This document shows positions 24,201-36,200 of a stretch of DNA of 64,000 nucleotides, piece after piece. Origin of the DNA: Hydrolagus affinis (taxonomy: Eukaryota); NCBI GenBank assembly GCA_012026655.1, contig JAAILG010000157.1, positions 62,001-126,000 on the forward strand, given 5' to 3'. The first letter of the stretch is position 1. Each line of letters begins with the position of its first letter. The position numbers and the translations under genes are program-made. The notes below the pieces were generated by a model. It saw only the letters and a program-made list of their open reading frames with translations. It had not been told where the DNA came from and searched no databases.

Positions 24201-27200
24201 CTGAGTTAGCTTGGAGCCATACAAATCATAAGGGCATCTGTTTTTGATTAGCAACAAAGGAAAGTAACTCATCAAAAACCGGGAGCAATTTGTCAAATAG
24301 TAACATAAGTCAGAGATAACGAACCAGAATTGATGGATAAACAGTTTCATGAACTGTACTTTGTCTCACAAACATATGCCCTTCCTTACCCCAATCCCCC
24401 GCCCCTGCTCAGGTCCAAATACCTGACAGTCCAGCGCCTTTGGACATCCTCCCGACGTGAAAGGCGCTGTGTAAATGTCATTTTGTGTTGTATTGTATTT
24501 TAAACTGGTACTGAGATGCTGTTCACTGACAGCAAATCTACATGGCAACTTGTGCCCCAGGCAAGAGCCAGTCAGAATGGCTAATATGTAGGCTAATGTG
24601 CACTTTGGAGCACAGACCATGAACATCTGTCATGTCTAATTATTGCATTGACTCAGCTGTATTGTGCAGGTTTTGAGAGCTGTATGTTTGAGATGTCAAT
24701 CAGCATCTAATACCCTTTCAAGCTCTTTTGGAGAGGGCGAGAGTGTTGCCTGGCTTGGAATAGATGCTCAATATTCAGGTGCACCTTAGACTCTGGTTAT
24801 TGATTCTGGGAAATGTTATACTGTACCTTTGCAATCTCAGAAACCCCAAGGCAAGATTTTTTTATTAAATTGCTTTGTGAAATGTTACCTTACCAGCCAA
24901 ACCATTAGAGAATAATGCTTCAGGAATGTAAATTATGTAACGGGTTGGGAGAAAATGAAGTAAACAAAAAAATGTGTTTTTCAGAGGAAGAAAGCGATTC
25001 AGCTTGCTTCACCTTGCATTGCGATAATACAAAAGTTATCTAACCTTCCCATTGCAGAATCAAGCTGCTTCCTCAATGAGTCCAGATTCCTGATCAATCT
25101 GGCATCGCATTGAAGATTTTGCTTAAACATTTGCAGTTTTGGTTACTTGACACACAGGAACTGTTCAACAGAAGGTCATTTTCATAAATACAAGTATCAA
25201 AACAATCCTCAACACATTTTGATGTTACAACTAATCTGAACCCACACTGAGGAAAAGTAATGAGCAAAAACTTCAGGTCTTATTGAATTACAGTAGTTTG
25301 GTTTACATAAGACAACCTAAATTGTTTTAATTCAGTTCTTTCATTGAGGTTTCAGAACATGGCATAACTACAGCAATAATTACCGCCTTTATTAACCGAT
25401 AATCTTGCGTGACGTACATATAACACATATTTTGGGTAGGCCAATAAGCCGGCGTTGGCGAAGTCGAGCCTAGATGTAATCAATGCATGTATGCTTGAGT
25501 AAAGTACTCGAGCGTAGCATTTAATGTTGCAAACGTTTTACTCGTCATATTAATAACTTAAAGATAAACACACTTTCTGAAACTTTTTGTGCAAATCAAT
25601 CAGGCCATTGATTGCCTCACCTTTCCCTTCCTGAATAAAGCTTTCACATTGTTTGGATCCAGTGACAACACAGTGTTACATGAAGTAATGACTTCCTCGT
25701 GCATCTCCAACTTAAGCTGCACAGCTGCCAGGTTGTTGAGACATTTGAGTCCATCTTCCCGCAGCTCTTCTGCTTCGTCAACAGTGGGATTAACTGTAAT
25801 TTGAAGCCAGCACACACGTCAGCAAAGAAGCGTGCCATTTGACATTTCGCACAACAACAACAACAACAACTTACACGGGGTAGTGTCCCAGAGGGCTTGA
25901 CAGTGGACCGGAGCACGACACCAAAGCTGCCGTAAAAGCATCAAAACAGAGAAGCCCCGACATTGCCTTAAGATAAGCATGTCACACATAAGTTTCGCTG
26001 TTAGATTGAAATCAGGAGCAAACAAAACTAAAAAGGTTTTGACTCTGTAATGGCACCTCAAATATGTTGCTCTAAAAGATGGATGGGTTGATGGATGAAG
26101 TCACAGTCCAGGGCCAGTTACTGGTCTTAGCTCATTTGCATTTACTGCAAAGATCAAACAATCATGTGCAAATCTGTCTGGAATGAGATAAACTCCATAA
26201 TAACAGAGTAGGTGCACTGCTTATTCGGGCAGATTTGGGCCATCACAGCTGCATACCCTGAGGCTGTGGTTAAACCTGTTTAAGTGTAACAATTCCTGAA
26301 TAATTGTCCTGTGTGTTCTTCTTTAGCCCATAAACCAAGCATTACTAAGTATTCCACAGTTTGATTTTAGTCTTTATTTCCAGTGCCAGTGTCATATTTA
26401 ATGATCATGAGATCAGTAACAAAGATGTTGCACTGTTGAAAAATTATTGGCGCTGACTTGGAGCTAGACTTTTAGGGTGATATTCTCTATGCAAGGGGCA
26501 AGGCTGTGAATGGCGTTGAAAGTGAAATCATATCTGTCACTGGCATGCAATGTTACTATCATTTTATCTTGGGGATTATTGGTCAGGACATTTGGAGAAA
26601 CTCCAATCCATTTTCTAATAGTTTCATGGGATCCTTTAAGGTCCATCTGAAAAGGCAGATAGAACCTCAGTTTAACATCTCATCTAAAGGTCAGCACCTC
26701 CTTGATCTTAAATTATTTTGATCTAGCATTAAAAAAACCCTACGTGAACATTCAAATTTAAAACCTCTCACAGCTTTAAGTGGTTATCTGAACCTTATAA
26801 CTTTAGAGTAAAGGTCAGTGAAAAAGTGGGTGCAATGAAGAGAACATAGTAGGATGTTGTATCTTCCCATGTACTTGGGTTGTTTTGTAATTTGTCTTGC
26901 TTGTATGACGTGCATATAATTCGAAATGTCTGTGTAACCTAGGAATGGCTGTTAGGGATGATGCTGGAACTACATTGAAACGTCGCAAAGTTGTTCAGTT
27001 TTGATCTCTTTAAGTTGAGGTTTTGTCCGACTTTGGACAGAAAGGGAAAATGGTGAGCATTGAGGAGCTCTGTGTGTGTGTGTGCCTGTTATCTGTTATT
27101 CAATCTAGGTTCGCAAAGTAACATTTGTTTTGCTCATGTAGATGGTGGTTTTCTGACCACAGTTTCCTGTCGGTGACTGTAGCCATGGAACCAGAGATAG

Positions 27201-30200
27201 GTGTTCTGCTTAAGAACACAGGCTGATTGCTCTCTGGTGATGTTCAATTGCTGGAGGTCTGCAGTATGAGCTCACTTTCCCTGGTGGACGAGTAAGGGGA
27301 AATGCATTGATTTTTCCTGATTAAGTTGGCAGAGTGATTTCTCCAGTGGTTCTCAACACTCTTGTCCTAATGATGTCTAATCTTCGCCAGTATAAAGACT
27401 GATCTATGTTCATGTTCTCACACAATATAGAGAGAAAAGAATGACTGTGAAAGCCTCATATACCAATTCAACAAAATGGATCAATGTTTGAATTTTGTAG
27501 ATTCCATGACCGAAGTTGAAACATTTAAATGAGAGCAAGTATTCAGCCTTAGTTGAGAGCAGTGAACCATTTAGCCAATTAGTGATGCACTGTGTGTAAA
27601 TTCTACCCTTTTTCTTTGCATACATGAGGAAAAGAATGGATGGACTTTTGAAACTTAAATAAAAGGTGAGAGCTGTGAAAGAGATTCGTGAAATTTAAGC
27701 TTTTCAGCCTGTAAAGAAGATGCAGGAATTAAGGATGAACTTAACTATAGCAAATATAGTTTGCTATATTTAAGTGTAACTATAGCTAGTTATAGTTAAA
27801 CCCAGACTATTACTTCAAAGCAAATTTTAAAAAGTAAAAGCAGGGAAGAGAAAGTGGAATTTGTGTAAAAGAAAGTGCAACACTAATGTCAGGAAGACAG
27901 TGATAAATGTTTGGAATAATCTGCCAAGAAAAGGTAGAGAAAATATTTCAGGTGTAGTCAAAAGACAATTGTACTTGACATTTTTAGCAAGAATACTTGT
28001 GAAAATCCCTCACAGAGCATGCTAACACTTCTGCTGGGATTCAAAATTTGTGTAAATTGTTACCAAACTGAACTCAAGCAGAAATGCAAGGAACAAACAG
28101 TGACTATTTAACATTCGCAAATAGTCACGCATATATAGTTATATACTTACACAGGTGGTGGTTATTTATACATAAATACATAACCACTTTGTCGCTACCA
28201 ATGACTTCTCCTCCAGCCCCTCACACTGTCACCTGTGGCATCCCCCAGGGCTCCGTCCTTGGCCCCCTACTTTTTAATATCTACATGCTCCCACTTGGTG
28301 GCATCATGCAGTCACAGGGTCAACTTCCACATGTTGGATGACACCCAACTTTATCTTTCTGCCAATTCTAGGACCGCTACTGTCCTGAAAGACTGCCTGT
28401 CAGACATCAAGTCCTGGATGAGAGCTAAATTTCTACAGTTGAATGTCAACAAGACAGAGGTCCTCCTGATTGGCTCGCGCCAGTGCCGTCACGCATCAGG
28501 CACGTCCTCCCAACGTGAAGGGCGCTATCCATACAAATGTAATTTGTTGTTGTTATAGTAATAAATAGATAAATTTTATTATAAAGTGTAAAGCACAGAA
28601 CAACTATGTGACCATTTTGTAGGTGAATGCAGCAGCCAATTTGCACACAGCAATGTCTCGCAAACAACCGTTAAGTGAACTGCCATTTTATAATAATCAT
28701 ATAATAATAATCTATGCATTTGATACAGCGCTTTTCATGTCTTCTAGACATCTCAAAGTGCTCCACTGAATATGCTGTAAAGTGAATCGACTGTATACTT
28801 GTGGGTGAAACGTGACAGCCAATTGTGCACAGCAGTATCCCACAAACAGTCGTGGATTGAAATTAACAATTTTTATTTGTGTGGGGGTGGGATTATTATT
28901 AGGCATGTGGACTAAGGAAACTTGTCCAAAGTTTCGCCCTGAACCTGTATCTGAACAGACAGAAGGAACCTCGGTTTAATGTCTCATCTGATGGTTGGTA
29001 CATCTGACAATGCAACACCTTTAACACTGCATTTGAGTATCAGCATAGACTCTGTTTCAAGTTTTCATGTGTTGCTTGATCGCACAACCTTCTGACTCTG
29101 AGTGGAGGGTTCTATCGACTGATCCAGGCTGACTAATGACATAAAATGAAAGGAAATCTATGAAGCTTCTTTTAACAAATAGATAGATGAATGAACGATG
29201 GGTCAAAGAGATGTAAGAAAAGTTAGTGATCAGGAAAACTAATTCAGCTCATCATTAAAGGTCATCCTGCTGACATGTTAATTCTCACAATTTAATTTAC
29301 GGATGAAGTAGGCCTTTCGATCCAATTCATTTCAAACTTCTTGCGTACAGTAGCAGAGGTGCTATTGACAACAAAGAGAGCTTCCCATTAGCTGAAGGAT
29401 GATAGGAGAATGGAAGCAGAAAGATGGTAGAAGTGAGGATTAGGAAAAAGAGAATGATAAAATGAGATATCATGATCGTATGTGGGAATTACGTGGTAGT
29501 TGAGAGAGTTGAGAGAAAGGTCTGGTGAAATGTGAAGCTTCACCACCAGATTTTGCCTTACTTTCTGAGGAAATACTGAGGAGCTCCAGACCCTGGTTGT
29601 ATGACCTGACAGCGTTGTGATAATCTTCTCTTTGGAAGTAGTAATTTCCACGTTCCCGTTTCTGCTTGCATCTTCGAATGCAATCGGGAGCTGAGAGTGT
29701 TGTAAGATCAGGAGCATTTCTGACTTTCAGAAGCTGCACCTCGTATACGATTGTGGCATCGGCCCGGATATCGGGGGCCCTATAAGAGAAAAAATACCGA
29801 TCCATTTATCAATCCTGTTTCATGTGATCAGTTCCAACGTTGTTTTGTTAACATTGTCAAATTTGTAGAGTTTGTACAACCTGCAAATCATTAAACCTGG
29901 AGCAGAAAAAAGCTAATGGAGGAGTTAGTAATTTCTCTGGAATACACTCTGCAATGAACCTTGGCATGTTCTGTTTTCAGAAAATACTTGTTTTGCAACA
30001 ACAATTAGCTAAAGGGAATTGTCTACTAGAAAAATAGTTGTCTCTCACCGTCTCGGCTTCTTTGGATCTACTTGCTGTTATTTCTCACTATTTTCTGAGT
30101 GCATCTGCTTTCTTCCCACCTTCTCCATTCATTCGGCTTTATATTCCTTAGTAGTCACTGATCCAAATTATGTTCACTCTACATTTATGTTCCGCTATGC

Positions 30201-33200
30201 TTCCTTGCATACTGGATGAATGCATTACCATTACACTGAACTGAACACTATCTGCTTTTCAGTAAAAAAAATTAAAGTCGCAAACTACGGTGACATATTA
30301 CTTTTTAAAATTCTGATCTATCCCCATGTTCTGATCTGGATGCTCTATTTAACCTCACAAGAAATACTATGGGGAGAAAAGATTAATTGATAAAATTGTA
30401 GCTCAGTGGGTAGAGCAGTTGCTTTGCAAGCGTGAGACCTGCGTTCGAATCAAGGCAGGAGAAACCTTGAGCAAGTTTCCTCACTCCACACGCCTAATAA
30501 TAATCCCTCAAAAAAATAAAAAAATTGGTCATTTCAAAGCACGACTGTTTGTGGGACACTGCTGTGCACAATTGGCTGCCGTGTTTCGCCCACAAATATA
30601 TAGTCAGTTAATTTTAGGGTGTATTCTGTGAAGCGCTTTGAGACGTCTAGAAAACATGAAAAGTGCTATATCAAATGCAAGGATTATTATAAAACATATT
30701 CAAGTAAAAGAATAAAATCTCTTCAAGCATTGTCACTTTCAGAATCTCAGGTTAGAAGTTTCCTTTTCTACAAATGCTTCATAGAGATGTAAAGTGTGCA
30801 TGGCAGGGATTACAATAGTCTGCTGCTCTATCTATCGCTGTTCATTCGCAATTTCAATTATTGGAATTCCATCTCCTCTATACAATGACCTATTTAGCCG
30901 TGTGTTTAAAGGCGGATAAAGCAGCCTTTGTGACAATACCATGGGTCACCAAAAGTTCACTGCAAACTAATAGTTTTATGTCAGATGCAGTTATGTAACT
31001 GCTTCATCAATTATTTTCTGTATAGAAAGGGTATGTTTTGCATTTGTAGTTCATTGCTGAATAATAATCAGCCATTTGTCATTTTTATCTTTTTCACAGC
31101 CATATAAAGCGTAGAATATAATTCATGTGATTTTCCTTAAAAAGAGTGCCAAAAAGTCTGGAGAAAAGCCGAAAATATTATTCTGAGAACACTGTTCTAT
31201 TCATTGGACAAAGCATATGTTCCTTCCAATGTTCTTCTCTGCTTTCCCAAAGTCAGTGACTCTGCTCAATGGACACCAGCAGTCCGCCAGTACCTTCTTT
31301 GTGATCATTGCTGCGTGCAATTGGCTGCTGTCACTTTATCACACAATAATCAAATGTACTTATATTTTGCTGTAACGATGCCATGATTGAAATTTTGTAT
31401 GGGGGACATGGAGTACTGATAACAACTGCACTATTCATTATAACAGCTGTTACCAGCATTATGACTGGCCAGTATCAGAGTAGAATTCCCTTATAATTTG
31501 GTAGTGTTATGCGTTCGTACAAAGGGTGTGAAATGAAGGTTAATTACATTGCAAGGTTCAGGTGATAGTTATACAGTAAACCATCCAAGCCTAGTCTAAA
31601 GGTTTACAGTTATGCTTTGCATTATCCATTTTCCATTGTAATTTACATTGCATTGGCTGCCACCTTTCGCCCACAAAATACAGTCAATTCACTTTAAAGT
31701 ATATTTTGTGAATCGCTTTGAGACTACTCAAAGACTTGATGTGGTGCTGTATCAAATACTAGGATCATTATTATTATCCATCTATAATGTACAATACAGT
31801 AAAAGGATTTTCACATGAAACAGTGATTAAAGTTTGGAATTATTTACAGTCGAGCAATCATAAAGAAACACTAGAATTTGCTGCAGTGGGTTAACGGGAG
31901 TGGTAACTGCAGGGCATCAATGTAGCTCATTCGGAAGCACTCTCGCCTCTGTTGGACGGGCATGAGTTCACTTTGATCTGACACTCCATTGCTGGTTTTA
32001 TAATAAAACATTATTTCCTGGTAATCCACTTTAGATTAAATGTGGGTAAGAGCAGTGACTATATCACAGACATAATCTTTCAGCATTTATGCATTTGATA
32101 GCAAATAAATGGTTGGCCACCTTACCAGCTGCAAAATTCTTCCAAATTTTGCAAAAACAGATCAAATTTCATTTCTGTTTCTGATAGCGCTTTGTGAAAT
32201 GTCTTCCCGACATAAAGTGCACTTTATCAAATGAAAGGATTAATAAGCCTTCAAAGTATGAAAATGAATGGTTGATGTGAGTGAATAAAATAGTGATATC
32301 TCAGGATACAGGTAACACTAAACCTTTTGAGGATTATTATTTTCATATGAACTCCATTTCCTGGCTGGTAGTTTAGATTAGGATGATTGGAGACCTTGAT
32401 AATTTCCTAACTCAAAATTGGCTAATATCTTTGGTCCCTTTGATGGTAATTCACTGCTGGAATAGTAACCATTACAGCCGCGTTAAATTCACTCAAAAAT
32501 GAGAAAGTGTCCTCGCTTTCATGTTTTAAATTCATACAATCTGATAGAAATTGATGCAAAGCAGCCACAAATTGATGGAAAACAAAGTCACGAAAGCTCG
32601 CTCACCGTCTGTATCTGTTTTAGATTGTGTTTCAACTTCTCCTTCCTGTTCAATAAATGTTTAATTTGGCGAGTCTCTCAGCAATTGCAAGAGGAATAAT
32701 GTAATTGTGACTGGAGCAATGACAGTACTGCCTGCCGTCAGATGCTTTCTAATTGATGTAAGTCACAATTCATCAACCTTTTGGAAAATGGGAAGCACTA
32801 TCCTAGAATGATCATCCGATGGTCCTCCACTGCGTCCCCGCAACCAAAACAACAGTTTTAATGCTAGAAGTGCTAAAATCGCAAGTTCCTTGCTTGTTTT
32901 TGCCTACAACACAATCACTACTGTGAATCCTTTGAAATGCTTTTAGACATTTTGACGGCGTTTTTCACTATAATCAAATGCAAGGATTGCAAAGATTGTA
33001 AAGGCAAAATCTCTTATCCACTTGTAGTATTTGATGAAACATTCATATAAACCTGCATGCGCTTGTTTCAAAAAAGCACTACAAAACAACAGGGAGTTAA
33101 TGGGTAACATTTTGCACCTGTGCAGAACTTCATAATTTGAACTCTTGCTAAGTAAAGAACATTGCAAATGGTTTAGGAGGGCAGTCTTAATGTTCTGCTT

Positions 33201-36200
33201 GCACAACAGTGATTCATAATAGAAATGTCAGAGTTCTGTACCCTTGCAGAATCCACAGTTGCTGCTTGTAGTTATAGTAACAAGGATGCTACATGCTATA
33301 GCTTTGCTGCAGTCGTCCCTGATGCAGAAGATGTACTCGCTGAGATTCTTTCTTTTGACCTTCACCCCATTATTAATCTCACGATAATACTCAAACCTTG
33401 TAATCCAAATTGACTCTGTTTCCTTATACCATCCAGTTTGGGCTTCCCTGAGGTGGTTCTTGAGGGAGAGGTTTGTGAGCAGATCCTGCTTCAGCCTATT
33501 CATTAGGAATTCCAGAGTAAGTTGTATTTCATTCCAATGCAAGGAGCATATAACTGCATGTCTATTTGTCCCATAATTAATACAGTTCAAGGACACTTGA
33601 ATAAAATAATAATAACTCATTCTAGCAATTCAGATAGCGCCTCATCACATCTTTGAGATGTCTCAACAGAACATACTATAAAGTGAATTGACTGTATATT
33701 ATGTGGGAAATACGTGACAGCCAATTGTGCACAGCAGTGTGCCACAAACAGTCATGGATTGAGTGACCTATTTGTTATCTAAAAAAAATTTGGAGGTATT
33801 TTTACCTGCATAAATAAGATATATATTATATATTATATGAATAATATAATTCATATAAGAAGTTAATTTATTCATTTATAAATTCAATGCTTTGAACCAA
33901 TGCTTTTGTCTGAAACTGTTATCCTTTGCATTTATAAACATTCAATTCCTTTTGCGGCCAAGATTAAAGCCACTGGAACTACAATGTAACTCTGTTATAA
34001 CACCTTGTTAAAATAGACATAACTGCTTAAGTTATAATAGACATTTACATGCATGGATGGATTGGTTTGAAGGATGAGACAGCACACTGTGTTTTCTATT
34101 CCCATCTTCCAATAAACATTGTCGGGTTTTTATCACAGAGAAGTAGAATAGACTCCCACCAAAAACTATTTCACTCCTTTTCAGAGGAACGTAGATGATA
34201 GTTTGTAATACTCAAAAAAAACACTGGTTCTTTTGCTCATGGGGCCAGGAACATTTTGCCCATGGAACCTGTTAGGGTTGAATAATGTAGATTGTGGTGT
34301 AGAGTGATGGAGTTCTGCTTAATTCTCTGAGAGAGTTAGGGAGAGATTTTATTAAGAAGGTTTTGCCAGTGCTTCTACAGCTCCCTCAAGAGTTAAGTAG
34401 GATAGAGCCAGTCCTTATACATCTCCCTCAAGAGATAAATTGGATACAGCCTGATTTCCGTCTGGTTTGATGGAAGCCATGCGTTCAAAAGGACCAGACA
34501 GTCTTTTCTCATAGAACATTTTCCTATAAATAGAATTCTCAGAAAGTGGGAAATTAATCTTTCCATTTAGATCCTAAACAAGAATTGATTTGATTTGAAA
34601 TATGAAAGCAATGGAGCTACACAGTATCTGGAACATGAGGCTTAGTTTGGGGAATATCAAGTTGCGCCATAAATCTCATGATCCAACAGGCTTCTATGGA
34701 CTACAGCATCAGACATTCACAACACAGCCCAGCACTGGGCTACACTGAACCCTGTTTACAAACCTTTGTGTATATTTCAGATATCTTTTGCTTTTTGTTC
34801 CCACATAGAAATGTATCTGCTATATTTTTAGATTATTTCTAGTTATACAATTGCAGCATTCTGTTGGCTAGTTAAGATAGTAAAAATCTAATTAAATCAG
34901 GACGTTTTTCATGTGAAAAAAGACTATAGCACCCTGGGGGGATGCATTTTACAAACCATGTGTATGATAGAGTGGGGATTAGTTACACACAACCATAAAT
35001 CAAGCAATAACTCGATAAAATTCTTCCACCCGACCAAATTACCATTATTTAAATTTGGCCTCCTTCCCTTTTGTAGACAACAACCCCTTTCTGTACACTC
35101 CTCACTAATTTAGCAGTAATTATATCATTTAGTTCCCATAAAAATTCTGCAGGTTTTAGATTTATTTGTAGAACTCTTATTAATTTATAAAGTAACGTGT
35201 GGACTTGCTGGAATTTACAATTGTCCTTTTTTTGTTACCAAATGCACATATAAACCTGAGTCTTAACATAAACCTCAGATTAAAGTAATTTGACCTGAAG
35301 CAGAATATGATGAGAAATCCAAAATATGAGATCACCTTGCTTCCCTGCTCAGAACAAGCCAAGAAAATTCTGTACCCTTTAACATTGGGTAAGATTGGAA
35401 GATTGATTTAAACCTGCCAAGACATTCTATTAACATTGCCTATCATAGACATGCAATGTTTTCTGCTCCAAAGATTCTATATATAATGGGTGCGAGATCT
35501 AAGAGCTGTTGTGATTAATTTAGAAGACCCATTATGCGGTAAATGTTTGGTACAATTAAATTTGTCACCTTGTCTAAGACAATTGGATATTAGCTATTCA
35601 CTGGCAAAACATGCCACCAGTTGAAGCACTTGAGACAAACAATACTAGAGAACATTGCTAGGTCTTGACTTGCATGAAGCAAGCCTGAGGTAAAAGATTA
35701 ATGCTGAGTTTATCTTTACATGCTGTATTTTGAAACAGCATGACTTTTGGCATTGATGGAATAATTTTTCTTAAACTCATGAGTGTTTTTCTCTTCTTAT
35801 TTCTTTAGTCCATACAATCTGGGAATGATTTCCATGTATGTCTGTACCAGGAAAATTAACCAAGGAATTAAATACTCGCTCCTCAATTCATCTGCTGATA
35901 CTGTTGTTGTTGTTGTTGAAAGCCACAATTCTGAAGACCAGGAAAATCTTGATGAATATTGTCTTAGTTGGAAGCAGGCCGCAGCTGATATATACTGTTA
36001 GGTTTTAGTTCATTTATTATTCATCAATTATTTTGGTCAATTATTCTGTCCTTTCCAAGTTGAAGATCCTTGTTTTACTTTCAAATACCCAGCCTACTTC
36101 ACTCAACAACAACAAAATTATATTTATAGAGCGCCTTTCATGTCGGGGGGGGGACATCTCAAGGTGCTGAGTAGCACTCACTGCTTTCTCTAGTCAGCAA

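Noticed and set aside
30398-30470. tRNA-like sequences with A and B boxes (also 7860, 47010-47080, 53970-54042)
   Set aside because: Heads of SINEs: no intact acceptor stem, and each continues into the SINE body.
33225-33620. 130-aa minus-strand Cys-containing ORF and overlapping 62-aa plus ORF in the long FKBP intron
   Set aside because: No recognisable domain, the start lies in a SINE tail, and there is no supporting gene structure; only the + strand splice-site pair 33437-33516 was kept as a candidate.
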